From the human T2T-CHM13v2.0 reference genome, Homo sapiens, in NCBI RefSeq assembly GCF_009914755.1, contig NC_060936.1: a DNA stretch of 64,000 nucleotides, one strand, 5' to 3'. The notes beneath the pieces are model-generated. The model made no database searches. It was not told the origin of the DNA and worked only from the letters and a program-made list of their open reading frames with translations. Positions 29,681-45,708 of the stretch are shown here, piece after piece (position 1 is the first letter of the stretch; every line of letters begins with the position of its first letter). The translations under genes and the position numbers were made by a program.

Positions 29681-30959
29681 TACAAATGTTAACAAAGCAA
29701 TTACCAATGGCCTTTTTACATATTTTTTCTTTAATGAGGAATAATATGCATGTAGAAAAGACCTACTTAAAGTCTTCATTTATATTCTTTCAAATCAAAT
29801 CTTTATTTAATAACTTATATATGTTGTTGGAATGGTTACATTTTTGCAGCCCTTTGTATTTTGTGGTAGTTGAAATTGTATCACTTCTAAACAGCAAACT
29901 GTTTTTGTTTTTAATTAGCAGATATCTGAAGTACTATTTTTGCAGGGTTTGCACAGGCCCGTAACTGTCTACTACTTTGATATAATCTGTATACATCCTG
30001 TATGCTGAGCTGGTAAAATACATTGTAAATTACATATTAAATATTTTATCTGCTTTTACAAGCGCAAGGTGCAAAAATATATACAATAGTCTCATTGATG
30101 ACTGTAAAGTGAATTAACATTTGGTGATTATGCCTAGCTTTTTTGACTAATATAAAGATCATAGCTCCCCTTCACTTCTGTCTTAACTTGAACATGGCGT
30201 GTTTAAATTTTCATACATACTTTACTTGAATTATTGCTGTTGTCACATATTTTTGCCTCTGTGAGTTCATCTGATGATTGAGCAGTAGCATTTGCCTTTT
30301 GGGTTTTTTGTTTGTTATTATAGAAGAGATGACTTCTGCTGATTTTGCTTTAGAATGGTTACCTTAGAAGAATTTGGGTGGCTCATGTTGAATTTCACTT
30401 CTGCAATAGCTTTCATTTTCTCATAGGCTTTATAAGAGATGGGTTCAGTGGTATGAGCAGAGGAAGAGATCCCAGATAGTAGCCAGTTAACCAAGACTCA
30501 TTCATATAGCACGTAGTTTATGTTCCTGAGGCAGCACTTTTAGATCCTTTGTGAGCAAGTTCTATTTGTTCATTGCTTGCCAGAGATGAACACAGAATGT
30601 TCTGTTTCATTTTACAAGAACTATCCTGAGTTTCTGTGGATGGAAACATTACATGTAATGCAGATATAGTGAACACTGGAAAGATTTATTAAAGAATTAT
30701 ATTTGTGTATACTTTATAAATTAGTCCCTCATTAGATTTTTTTTTCTTAAGCATAAGACTGAACTTAAATGTGTTAATTTTAGTAGAATCAGGCACTGCT
30801 CGCAGAAGGAACACAGATTGTAGAGATTAACATAAATTGTTCTTGTTCTAATATATATATTTTTTCATTTCTGTCGTGCTTGGAAAACTAGTAAATATTA
30901 TGTCTAAGATAAAATGGAATGGCCCCTGGATTTACTTCTTATAAGAAGCAGTAGTATGT

Positions 30960-30965
30960 AATAAA
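30960..30965 (+). terminator. Candidate proximal poly(A) signal AATAAA
   Basis: First canonical AATAAA I found after the stop, preceded by TGTA; variant signals at 30688 and 30831 are alternatives. Confidence 0.5.
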
Positions 30966-31481
30966 GCTATTAGCATGAGCAATTAAGAGGCTATAAAGAG
31001 ATTATAGTTACAAAAGAAATACTGCCATATTTTTAAGTTAATAACTTAAACCTTCTCAAATGGGTTAAAAGTTGAATGAATTGACACCCTGATGTTATGA
31101 TGTTGGAATTTTAACTTAAACTGGGAGGCATTCTGTGAGCCTTCACTTTACCTTCTTTAATTATTGTCCTTGCTAAACTCAACACAGACTTTTCTGTTAT
31201 GTGTTTTTGAGGAAGTTGGGGTGGGAAGAGTCAGGGAGATAAGCTAAAATTGTCTTCTTTTATGGGGTAATTGTACTCTGTAGTCTCTTGGTTTCCTGTG
31301 AAGTTAGTATTTATGTGGGGGTGGGGGAAGGTAGCAAGAATCATGGGTATCACGGTACTTTGTTTTTGACCTCCTGGCTCTTTCAGACAGAGTGAAGAAA
31401 GCTTTTCCATTCTTACTGTTGTAGAAGTAGATAGGAAATAAGCTTTTCTCATTACAGTGAAATATGTTTTAAAAACTAGAG

Positions 31482-31610
31482 TAGCTGGGCACAGAGGCAT
31501 GCATTTGTAGGGCCAGCTACTTGGGAGAGTGAGGCAGGAGGATCACTTGAGGCCAGGATTTCAAATCCAGCCTAGGTAACACTGAGACCTCCATCTCGTA
31601 AAAGGCACAA
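31482..31610 (+). mobile_element. FLAM/Alu monomer
   Basis: Single diverged monomer. Confidence 0.8.
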
Positions 31611-34454
31611 AAACTAGTTAGAGATGAAATTGAGCTTTATTTTAAAAAAACGTTCTAAAGCCTGATAATTGGAGAGCTATACTTCAGCTTTTCATCCTAC
31701 TTTAATGAAACAGCTAGATAGGAACCTCTGCTCCAGAATTGCCAGATAATTATTGGTGGGTCATAACTATTCTTCATATTTTTTTTTTCTTTTTTCTCCT
31801 TTGGTTTCTGTGTTATCTTTCTTAACCTCACGTATTTCTTTATCCTTTTTAGTGGGGGCCTGTAATTGAGGCTAATTCAATAGCAACAATAGACAACATG
31901 ATATGGCTGCTGTCACTTTGAAACCCAAAAGGTCTTTGGGTAGGAATAGAGTAATGAAAGAGGACCAGTCAACTTCAGTATATATACAAAGGAAAGACAA
32001 AGAGATGATAAACCAAGGCTGAGGAAATTTTTCTGATGCTTTCTTCATTTCTCTAATATACCTTTTGCATTCTTTTTCTGATAATTGTGCTATTAGGCAG
32101 AAGACACAAGTTACCACGTTGTGTATTAAAAGCAGTAGGTAGGTTGTGCCAGTATTTTTTCAGCCAGTAAGCATATACAGTTAACTTATATAATTAAAAA
32201 TTGGTTTAAGATAGTGATTAAAAATACCTGAATATTATGTTAAAAGTATACAATCATTGTTTCTGTAATGATGATGGGTATTCTGCTTCTTGTTTTTCAT
32301 TGTAATTACAGGGGAAGATTGTTTTTGAAAATGTATATTGCCATGCTTTTGGGGTAAGCAGTAATGTGAAAAGAAAAAAGCATTATGTTATTGTATGAAA
32401 TATAAGTGTTCAGATTTGTTTTGTCTGGGGTGTTGCCTAAGAATACCCTAAAGCTATGGCTGTTACTGCATTGAAATCTTTTTTTTTTTTAATAGTAGCC
32501 ATATGTTATTAGTGGAGTACTTTATATTTGACATTAAAGTGAAGAAGAAGAGTAGTACTTCACTTTTAGGTTTTTAGTAGTGAAAGATAAAATTGGAAAA
32601 ATAGGGAAAGAGCATAGGGAGGAATAGAATGGAAGTCAAGTAAATAAAAAACTACAACCTGACAGTTTTTTAAATCACTTTGAAAAGTACATTACTTTTA
32701 TCAAAGAGTTTCTAATTAAGGCAAACTATGCATTATGCCAAATATTAAGAACATTTTAAAAATGGATTGTGATACTGTTTATTTCTTTAATTATATAATT
32801 TGCAATTTTCTGTATTATAAGTGCTACCAGGATTCTAGATAGTTGATCTTACATATTCAGATAGTATAGTTTACTCTTATAATTACCCGTTACGTTATCT
32901 CTAAAAGTAGTTTGATCTGTGCCTTTAACTTTTAGAATTCATCTTTTGACTTGTTTGCCACTGTAGAGTTTTCAGTTTTCTCTGTAGATTCAGTGTGACA
33001 AAGAGGGAATACATAATTTGTGACCATTTAAGATGCTGATATTTTCTGGAAAAGGATATAGATAGTAGTAGTGACCCGCAGGAGCCTCACAATAATGTCT
33101 AAAGATATAAACTGAGTAGATCCCTAAGTACTCTTCTCTAAATTATAAAATGCATTACCTAGGCTTTAATAGTTAAAAGCTGGAATTTATTGAACCGCAT
33201 CTACTTGATTTCATAATATGCATTGATTTTAGTATGTTGCTGTTCTGTTATCTGTAATCAACTATAACAGAGTAATATATTTGGTGTTCTGGACCAAAAT
33301 TCGTGCTACACATATGTCTGATGGCCTTTACCTTTTCAAGAAAACAGTTGCAATTTTGAGCAAAATTTTCCTAGTTGTAATATTTTAATAGTGTTATGTA
33401 TTGGAAAAAATTTAGAAATACTCCTAAGAGTTTTCAATTTCAAGCAGAAATGCTTCTCTTCTAAATAAATACCACTTAATTGATAGACCTTTAGCAGTTC
33501 TTGTGCTATCTAGGATTTATACATTTTTGCTTTTCTGGAAAACTGCTTTGGCGCATTAACCTTTCTACTGCAACATTTTCTCTTCAGTAGATATATGAGT
33601 AAACATGATGAGTTAATGTTACACAGCATACCCAGTTAGGTCTCTTATTCTTAAAGCATCTTTCTTTAGAAGTCTGCACATATTTTCAAATGCATCATAT
33701 TAAAGGCACAAGTCAAGAGGAGGTGGAGTTGCCTACTTCAGTGGCCTTTATTCCCACTATACCAGTTCTCAGTCTTGATTTTGATACTTTCTGGCAACTG
33801 TATCATCTCTTCACTATCACGTATTTTAAGAAAAAGCTAAGGTGATTTCTTTACATTTGAACATGTGTAGATCAATGAGAGAATGGTGAGGGATAGCAAG
33901 GATAAAGTATAATGTTGAAAAGTAGAAAGAAGTGGTATCTGCTAAACTCTAGCTTTAGTAGCAAGCTATTTTAAGGAAATCATTGTATGTGGTACTTCCT
34001 AGAAATATGAAAGTTCCTCATTTTGTATTTAATTATGTAAGAAAATGTTCTAGGAAAAGAATAAAAAACATATATTGTCAAAGTGCCCTTTGGTAGTGCT
34101 CCCAAATGGTAGTAACTATTGGTCTCTAGTATATACTCCTCAAATATCTTTTTGCTATGTATTAATATATCTATATGTTTACATATAGAAATACATAGTG
34201 TTGTGGGTTTTAAATTTTCACATAAATTGTGTCTTACCCATGTGTTTTGCCATTTGCCTTTTCTCTTGCCAACGTGTCTAGGAGCTCTTTGGTAAATACA
34301 GACTTTTTCATTTTATTTCCTCCCACATTTCTATGGATGTGTCTTGCCTTTTTCTTTTTTTTTTCTTTCTTTTTTTCTTTTTTAAAATAGCCTCTGACTC
34401 CATGAAACCTGAAAAGGAATCTGGTCTGTTAGGTGGATTTCATTAGTATCCAAA

Positions 34455-34772
34455 TTTATTTATTTTTTTATTTCATTTTTTTGAGACAGTCTCGCTGTGT
34501 CACCCAGGCTGGAGTGTGGTGGCTCAGTGATAGTTCACTGCATCCTTGAACTCATGGACTCAAGCAATCCTCTTGCCTCAGCCTTCTGAGTAGCTGGGAC
34601 TACATGTGTAAGCCACCATGCCTGGCTAATTTTTGTATTTTTCATTTTTAGTAGAGATGGGAAGTCTTGCTGTGTTGCCCAGGCTGGTCTTGAACTCCTG
34701 GCCTCAACCATTCCTCCCACTTCAGCCTCCCAAAGTACTGAGATTACAGATGTGAGCCACTAGGCCCAGTCA
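34455..34772 (-). mobile_element. AluJ
   Basis: Antisense, J-type ctcaagcaatcctc; TSD-like agtatc. Confidence 0.9.
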
Positions 34773-35309
34773 GTATCATAGAATTTAAATGCAAGCCAAT
34801 GCTTAGACAGAATCAGGGTCTGCTTTAAGCATGTGAATCAGGAAACTAGAAGGCCTCTTGTAATGTATTTGAAGTTCATTACTTTTGGCTGACGGTTGAC
34901 TGCTTAGTGTATAAAATCTAGGAGTTAACTTTAGCAGATTCTTTTATCAGAATACGTTTTTTATTGGAGGGAAGAAGGAAAAAGAGGAAAGGTATAACTG
35001 ATGGGGAAAAGTACAAGATAAACTAAAACAAGTCTTTATACAACTCTGACAGCAACTCCCATAACAGGACATGATGCTACCAAAAATTCAAACTTGTATT
35101 TGATCTGTGCCTTTAATATAGAGTAAAAACAAAAGTTCCTTTTTAGATCTCCCTTCCCTCATCATCCCACATCCCTTTTTAGAGGTAACCATTGTTAACA
35201 GTTTGGTTTGTGTCTTTATTATGCAGTTTTATATTTATATTTGGCCTTTGTAAATTTTCCATTCCCTGAATGGAACTTCTACCCTATATCAAATTCCACC
35301 CTCAACTGA

Positions 35310-35651
<342 letters not shown>

Positions 35652-37413
35652 TAGAATCATACTCTTTTAAAGCAAGTTAAATCAGCAGTAATAGTTCTGG
35701 AACTAGAAGTTAACTACTTACTGGACTTTTGAGATGTAAGTTTACCATACATCAAGCTTAAAAACTTGTAGCGTTCTGGGAAAGTCAAGTCAAACTCTTG
35801 AATGCTATCCTCTGTGGAAATAGGGTTGGGAAAGAGCAATGTACAAGTCCAAGCTCCTTAATACACATAAAACTCTGGGTTGGGCTCATCCTCTTGGTGT
35901 ATTTTCCTACTTGGAGAGCATTACAGTGTCCAACAATTTATAGGAGCTTCTCTGCACTGTCAAGACTATAGCTTAGCATATGTGTGCTATGACACAAGGT
36001 TAAACGTGTGCCCCAGAACAAATGCATTTATTCATGTTTGACTTTAAATGAAAATTCAGAAAGCAGGTTAAGCATATATGTGAGTTTAATAATTGTTTCT
36101 GTATTTTAAAAAATTTTAAAACATTCAGCTTTTTATGACTTTGGTTAGTTTCACTCATTTGTTGAGTGCCTTCTGTATGCCCAGTGCACAAACTGCTATG
36201 TGCCCAGTGTACATACATGGGAGAACCAGATAGCCAAAGTGCCTTCCTTTATCGTTGGAACCTAGAGATGAGCTGATACCTGTTGCACATAGTCCAAGAT
36301 ATAAGTAATTTATCTGGGGATATAAGGTCACCTGTGCACACATGTTCACATTCTGTGTTTGATCAGATATGTACCTGCCAAACTTTTGGAGTGAGATAAT
36401 TAGAATGACAGTAGTTGAAGCTGACAGTGAATTTGAGGTAAAGCTGGAAAGAATGTTTTTGAATTTTGCAAATAATACATTTTCAAGCCAGATTAAAATT
36501 GAATAACTTACTTTCTAGCTTCAAGGGGGTAATTAAGTGATCCTCTAACCCAAATTGCTTTTCCAAATTTTGTGGTAGCAGTGAATAAACTGATGCCTCC
36601 TGCTTATTTAGACAGCAGCCATTTTTGTTTGGTTTGGTTTGGTTTTGCGGTGATTTTTTTTAACCTAGAAAAAATACAATTTAAAAAGCAATCATGTTGT
36701 TTTCTTTGCCTTTGACAGATGTGGCCTTGTCACCACACAGTAAGCCAGAACACAATCCATTCCTGAGTCATAGTAGGATAGTTTGTGTAATTCTAAATGC
36801 ACTCTCCAGTTTAAGAGTGTGGGTCCCTTTTTTTCTATCTGAAATTGAAGATACAGGTCAGAAAGATGGTTTAATGAATATGAATTTTCTAAACATCTTT
36901 TCAGTGTCTTTTAAGGATATTTTTGATATTACAATATAATAAAGTTAAATCATCTAGTCCTCCTGGCCCTTCTGGTTAGAAAATAGAGCGAAATCATCCG
37001 TTTAAACACACACACACAAACTATCCCATTAGTTGGTTATACACAAGTTACTTTCATTCTTACTAGTTCACAAAAGGTTAGTAAATTTAGTGATTTAATG
37101 AGTTCTTCAAAACATAAAAGTCCTGTAAAGGAAAAGCTAGAGGATGTGAGAGGAGTAATTCATCCCCATCAAAAGATTTTAGCCAAAAGTAGTGGCATAA
37201 GAAATTTATTTATGCGAAAGACATAATTTTGGGTGAACTTTCTTGAAGATGGTCAGAAAGGGCATTGTTAAAGGAAGGAGATGGTAGATTTTGGGTTCTG
37301 GGTTCTAGGTTCTAGGCTAATAATTTACTACTTTGGTATGTTGCCTTGAGGCTGACATTTGCTGCTCTGCTAAGACTAAAGCTGGCCCTTTCCAATCAAA
37401 AGTGTTAAAAGCT

Positions 37414-38440
<1,027 letters not shown>

Positions 38441-41400
38441 CTAGATGTCGAATTATTTTCATAGTAATCACCATGTGTAAGCAATTCTCATCTGTGGAAT
38501 GTTTGACAGGGATAAGATTATTGAAAATTGGGGGGAATTTTCTTAAATATGGAACTAAGAGCTAAAGAGTTCAATGATGATTAAGACCACTAGTCTGGCA
38601 AGTGACTTTTATTTGTCCTTTTCTATTGATAATGAATTCTAGGAATATGGATGGATTTCATTAGAGAAATAAAAATGAGCAAGATTTGTGATTCAGAATA
38701 TTAAAAGTTAAGAATCCATGAATAGCCCCTTAAAAATATTGTCAAAGCATCATGGTATTTGTAGTGGTGCTTAAAAAAGAAGCAGCAGCAGCTGTTCTAA
38801 GCCAAGCACTGCTTGAAAACAAAACAAAACAGAACAAAACCTTATATTTAATAAAATGGAGAAATTTGGGAATGTCCCTAGCGTAATAATGCCTTCTACT
38901 GACATTTAAAGTCAGCTTAAACATCATTAGGGAAGACTATGACTGTTTCTATGACCTCTAGTCACAAATTTAACTAATTTAAGGTTAACTAATACCTCTT
39001 TCAGAGTTGGGCAAAAGAAGAAAAAAAAAGCCTTTATTTGTGATCAGTAAATTATAAATTACACAGAAGCTTCCAGCTACCTGGTATTTGCATGAAGAAT
39101 TCTAAATTTTTTATATGCCATAATTTTTAGTAATGCTGTCCTTGAATTCACTTACATCTCTGCTCTGGTTTTTTGAAGCTCATTAGGATGATACCTGTCA
39201 TCTCTTGGAAACACTGGAACTAGAGAACTGGAGGTGTTCACCCCCATTTTTTGCTACATTGTTGAAAACTGAGTAGAATTTTGTGTCCAAAAATCCTTAG
39301 TCTGTGATGGAATTTTTTAAAGTATATGTGAAGTTTTTTACTTCTTCAGTTTTTCAAGATAATTTTGCTGTTTTTGCTTTTTATTTATTTGCAACTAGAA
39401 ATTGCATGTGCCAGTTACTTAATTTAATACATCTAATGGGAGATTCAAAGCAAACCATTAAAACTACCATATAAACTCAAATGAAATTTTATGACATTCT
39501 AATGTACATACTCGCCAAGAAATGCTACAAGGAGCCTCTCTGCAAATGCCTGATGGGGCACTCTGAGAATTAAACAGGAAATGGACAGGAAAAGAGGCAA
39601 AGCATAGAATAGCCTCTGTGGTATACACACAGACAATGTAAAATCCAAGAAATATAAGGTCCAAGGAGGAATTGGTTATTGAAGTAGAGAACCTCATCAT
39701 GAGATTTGAGAATAGCTTTAGAGTTACTCTTGGGATAGTGTCTCATGGCCCTGTGAGGGAACTCTACAAATTTTATCCATTTTGCTGGGCAGTTTTAAGA
39801 GCTACTTTTTGTCTGTACTTTCCTTAATTTTCATATTATTTCTAGCTTTTACTTCATCTTATGAAAGATTAACTTAGAGGTTAGAATGCTTACATTTGCA
39901 AATAGCCTGAGGAATAAATATGTGCTTTATCAAAGTGGAACTTCTGATTTTCTGTAATATTAGGATGGACATGTGTCTGGCTTATCCTTCCTATCTAGGA
40001 AACTGGTGTCATTAGGAAATACGTTAACATAAGATCCCTGACTATAAAGTAAGACTTATTATCTTGTATAGTTTGTAGCATTTAATCTTCTATTTCAGTG
40101 ATTGGTTTGGATCTACTTAATTTTAAGCTTTACTGGTCATTTGTCCCCCTCATGTTGTACCTAATAAGTGTGTAGTTTTTAAGTGAAATCATACATAATT
40201 TCAAGGAAACTGCTAGAGACAATGTTGAGTATCATCAAGAACATTTAATCAAACCTGTTGACTAAGAGCTTTAGTTTGGCTTACAATTTCATATGTAAAT
40301 CCAAGAAAAAGACTTGTAAGCTAAAAAGCCTGTTTCGTTCGGAAAAAAAAGTACATAACATTTTAAAGATTTGTGAGAGGAAAAAAGCATTAGATGCGAT
40401 AGAATGGAATAATCTCTTTTTAGAAGTAAATTAGTTTTTATTTCATTTGTGGGTGGTATTGAGAAAAGTGGTGGAAATAAATACATTGAGCAGATTCAGA
40501 ATTTAATAGACACTTCGTGTTTCCATTTTCATAATGGGGGTTAGTCATAAACCATTCTATGTGGAGCATTTTACAGGGGCTCTGAAAGGTATACAAAATG
40601 TACTACTATAATTAATGTCCTCAAGGAACTTAAAAACCTATTGGAAGATTTATTTAACAGAGGTAAGAGAATTTGGACCCATTAAAAATGGAGGAAAAGG
40701 TAAAGTTAGTATTTGTAGATGATAGTGCAAAGCTTAAAAGGGTCAACTGAAAGTCTCTTAAAACGAATACAGTCACTGGGTATAAAATTCATCACAGAAA
40801 TAAAAAGCTTTCATTTATAAAAACAACAGCCAGTTAGAAGATATAATAGAAGAAAAGGCCCCATTTAAAGTAAGACCAAAGGAGAGAAGATACCTAGGAA
40901 TAAACAAGTTATATGCGTGACCACAAAACCAAAACTTTGTATTTCACATGAAAATAAATTCAAACACATGGAGATGCATATCATATTCTTGGATAGGAAG
41001 ACAACATACACATTTCAGTTCTCTAAATTGAATGCAATCCCAATAAAAATATAAGGATTAAAAAAAAAAAAAACTAGATCGCTGATTCCAAAGTTTCTTT
41101 GAGGAAAAAAAAAAAAAAAAGCAAGACTAGCCAGGAAAACTGAAAAAACAATGAGGAAAGACTGGCCTTATGAAATATTTAAACAAGAGAGCTCCAATAA
41201 TTAAAACAGTCTGGAACTGGCATATGACTAGACAGATCATTCAAGCAGAAGGAAAATGAACCCAGATATGGGAATTTAGTGGAGGAGAAGTGATGTTTCA
41301 GCTCAGTGGGGAAAATATGGTTTATTCATTAAAGGTAGTAGGACACTTGGGTAGCTATAGAGAACAAAGCTGGATTCATACCTCATAAACCAAAATGCAT

Positions 41401-41576
41401 TCCAGTTTAAATATGAAAACTGAAATGTTTAAAGTACCCAAAGAGGTTGTCAGAGAATTTTTAAAGATTTTAGTGTGGTAAAGGATTTCCTGAATTTGAT
41501 ATAAAATTTGGAATAGAATTTACAATAAGAAATGATAATGTTTTCACTATAAATTTGTAACAATAAATTATTATTA

Positions 41577-41863
41577 TTTTTGAGATGGAGTCTCACTCTA
41601 TTGCCCAGGCTAGAGGGCAGCGGCATGATCTTGGCTCACTGCAACCTCTGCCTCCCAGGTTCAAGCAATTATTCCTACCTTAGCCTCCCAAGTAGCTGGG
41701 ACTACAGGTGTGCACCACCACACCTGGCTAATTTTTGTATTTTTAGTAGAGATGGCGTTTCACAGTGTTGGCCAGTCTGGTCTTGAATTCCTGACCTCAA
41801 GTGATCTGCCCACCTCGACCTGCCAAAGTGCTGGGATTATAGGTGTGAGGCACCATGCCCAAC
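41577..41863 (-). mobile_element. AluS
   Basis: Antisense dimer; TSD taacaataaattat. Confidence 0.93.
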
Positions 41864-42289
41864 ATATAACAATAAATTATATCACTATATAAAATAAATT
41901 CCTCACAGCAAAAAACCACCATAAGCATAGTCTAAAGAAAAATGACAAATTTGGAAAAAATATTTTCAAATCATATCATGCATTGCTTAATTTATAAAGA
42001 ACACCTAGAAATGAAAAAGTCCAATGATCCAAAAAGAAAAAGGTACAAAATTGTAAACAGTTTTCACAGAAAAGAATAAAATGATTCAAGCCGGAAAAAA
42101 AGTTCAACTTTATTACTAAGAGAAGTATAAGACAAAACTATACTGAGATACCAGTTTTTTAACCTATTAATCAAGAAAGACTTTTTAGTTTTATAAAACA
42201 TTGTAATATTCTAGATATTATTGGTAAGAATGGAGGGAACAAGTATTTTTGCTGATAGAGGGGTAAACTGGAACAACCGCTAAGGATGA

Positions 42290-42895
42290 CAGTGAATTCT
42301 GAATTTATTTACCCAATGTACTCTTCAAGTTGCAGAGGCTGAGAAATTATTAAACTGTTACCCAGAACTTTTTATGCAGATGGGGGGGCAGTCTGAATGC
42401 TAATTAAGTTTTCTCAACTATATGCTCTCTCCTCATGATTTGAAAGGCAAAAGTGAAGCAGAGGCCAAGTTTTGAAGTTCTTGAATGTTACGAGGTAGTG
42501 AAAAACGTTTCCATGCAGCAGTGATCAAGTGTCTATCGTTCAGCTTCCTGAATATGGATAGGCTGTGGTGGTGGCAGCAGCTTCTTAATCTGACATTCCA
42601 ACCCCTAGATTGTGGTGTTACATCTTCTTTCTCCAGCTTCCCAGGAGTGAAAGGTTGTAGTGGCTGGCCTCTGGTTCCCAGCAGGGCTCCATGGTGACCA
42701 GAGGTTGTAGTTCCCCCAGTGAATCATGTTTGTGTCACTGTGGGATTCATTCCCATAGGCTCAACTTAGATTCCTAAACCCTGCTCCTTCAACCCTTCCA
42801 GTAACTTTATAAGCACCAAATTCCATTTAAAAAGTGCCTTCCTGTTTAAAATATCTATAATGGCTTCTGTTTCCTGCATTGAAAGCTGACTGATC
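42290..42895 (+). mobile_element. Old ERVL-type LTR (LTR33/LTR50-like)
   Basis: 3' end tgtttaaaatatctataatggcttctgtttcctgca...ctgactgat resembles ERVL LTR ends. Confidence 0.45.
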
Positions 42896-43270
42896 TGGAG
42901 GGCAATTGGGCAACAGCAATCAAAATTGTCTTTTCTTTTGACCTAGCAGTTTCACTTCTTGGAATATATCCTGTAAATATGCTTATGTATGAAGGAAATG
43001 AGTTTGTACAACGTTTTTCAATGCAGTATTGTTTGTAAATTGACACCAGTAGGGGAATAGTAAAATCAATTACTATGCATGCATATAATAAAATTTTAGG
43101 TAGCTATAAAAAAGAGAATGAGAAAGCTTTGCATATTTAAAAGAAACCATCAACAGGAATATTAAGTTTTTAAAAAAAGCCAGGGCAGAACAGTCTGTAT
43201 ACTGTATATTTTAAAATTGAACAAGTATAGTAGACAATTGAAGTATAGTAAAGATAAAATTAATTGCACA

Positions 43271-43615
<345 letters not shown>

Positions 43616-43745
43616 TCACAGTGAAGATAATTAACACATCCATCATTCCACAAAATTTCCTTACACTTTCTTGTAATCCCTTCTCCCTCCCATTCCTGCT
43701 TTCTTTAAACTATAGTTTAGTTTGAATTTTCTATAATTTTATATA

Positions 43746-43751
43746 AATAAA
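43746..43751 (+). terminator. Candidate distal poly(A) signal of a long RAB21 3' UTR
   Basis: AATAAA followed by U/GU-rich sequence (gtctggcttctttc, gttgttgtttgt); fits my unverified recollection of a very long annotated last exon. Confidence 0.45.
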
Positions 43752-44454
43752 ATCATATAACATGTATACTTTTGAGTCTGGCTTCTTTCATTCTGCACGA
43801 CTGTATTAAGGTTCACTCATGTTGTTGTTTGTATCAATAGTTCATTCCTTTTCGTTGCCAAGTAATATTCCTTTGTAGGGATTAACTATATTTTGTGTAT
43901 TTATTCACTTGTTGATAGACATTTGTATTATTTCCCATTGGGGCTATTACAAATAAAGCTACTGTAAACTTTTATGTGCCCACATCTTTATAAAGACAGA
44001 TGCTTTTACTTTATTAATCAGGCGAATGGCTGGATTATTTGGTAGGTATATGTTTAACTTTTTGACAAACAGCCAGACTGTTTTCCAAAGTAGTTGTACC
44101 ATTTTACATTTCCACCAGCAGTATATGAGTGTTTCAGTTCCTCCACGTTCTCATCAACACTTAATATGATCAGTCTTTTCAATTACAATCATTCTAATAG
44201 ATGCATTTATCATTGTGGTTTTAATTTGCATTTTCCTAATGATATATTACGTTAAGCATTTTTTAAATGTGCTTCTTTGACTTCTGTATATCTTCTCAGT
44301 GACATGTCTGTTCAAATATTTGTGCATTTATTAGGCTTTTTAAAATTTAGTTTTGAGAGTTCTTTATATATTTTAGGTATAAATCCTTTATCACATGTAT
44401 GATTTGCAAATCTTTCTTTCTTGTCTGCCTTGTCTTTTTATTCTCTCAGTGTCT

Positions 44455-44739
44455 TTCTTTCTTTTTGTGAGACAGAGTTTTGCCCATGGAGTGCAGTGGC
44501 CACTGTCTCTCCTCACTGGAATTTCCGCCTCCCGGGTTCAAGCGATTCTCCTGCCTCAGCCTCCTGAGTAGCTGGGATTACAGGCACCTGCCACTACACC
44601 TGGCTAATTTATGTATTTTTACTAGAGATGGGATTTCACCACATTGGCCAGGCTGGTCTCGAACTCCCGGGCTCAAATGATCCGCCCGCCTTGGCCTCCT
44701 GAAGTGTTGGGATTACAGGCATGAGCCACAGCAACTGGT
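44455..44739 (-). mobile_element. AluS
   Basis: Antisense Alu, rearranged near its 3' end. Confidence 0.88.
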
Positions 44740-45036
44740 TCTCGAGTGTCTTTTGAAGAACAAAAGTTTTTAATTCAGTTGAAGTCCAGCTAAATCTTTT
44801 TCTTTCTGAATTGTGTTTTGGTGGTGTTTCTAAGAAATTTCTGCTTAGCTCATGGTCACAAAGATTTTCTCCTATGTATTCTAAAAGTTTTATCGTTTTA
44901 GGTTTTACATTTAGGTTTATGATTCATTTGGAATTACTTTTTGTATATGGTACAAGGTAAGAATTGCAGTCCATTTTTTTTGTTCCAGCACTAGTTGTTG
45001 AAAAGGCTATCCTTTCTCCATTGCATTGCTTTTCAC

Positions 45037-45341
45037 TTTTTTTTTTTTTTTTTTTGAGACAGAGTCTTGCTCTATCGCCCAGGTTGGAATGCAGTGGTGT
45101 AATCTTGGCTCACTGCAGCCTCCATCCACCTCCTGGGTTCAAGCGATCCTCCCTCCTCAGCCTACGGAGTAGCTGGGACTACAAGCATGCACCACCATGC
45201 CTGGCTAATTTTTTAATTTTTTATAGGGACAAGGTCTCTCTATGTTGCCCAGGCTGGTCTCAAACTCCTGGGCTCAAGAGATTCACCTGCCTCAACCTCC
45301 CAAAGTAGTCGCATTATGGGTGTGAACCACTGTGCCAAGCC
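45037..45341 (-). mobile_element. AluJ
   Basis: Antisense dimer with poly-T. Confidence 0.9.
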
Positions 45342-45708
45342 TGCTTTTACACCTTTAAAAAAAATGAGTTGTTTGTCTTTGAGTGGTTATATTTTGAACA
45401 CTATTCTGTTCCACTGATTTGTCTATTTTGATGCCAATACCACACTGTGCTGATTACTGTAGCTTTATAGTCTCAACATCAAATTGTGCTAACCCTCCAC
45501 CTTTGTTCTTTTCCAAATTGTTTTTTATTATTATTGTAGGTTCTTTGCATTTTCATATGAATTTTAGAATCAGCTTGTTAATTTTTATAAAATAATAAAA
45601 AAGCCAGGCATGGTGGCTCATATCTGAGCCATGGTGGTGAGAAATTGAGTGTGATAGGGGAAAGGGTGGGAAGCAAACTTCTATTAATAACTGGATACCT
45701 GTTTGTAT

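Larger units (their letters stand above)
40690..43180 (+). mobile_element. Degenerate L1M ORF2/3' region, interrupted by an Alu and an LTR
   Basis: A-rich L1-like segments (ttggataggaagac, aatgcaatcccaataaaaat, gctggattcatacctca, cacttcttggaatatatcct). Confidence 0.65.
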
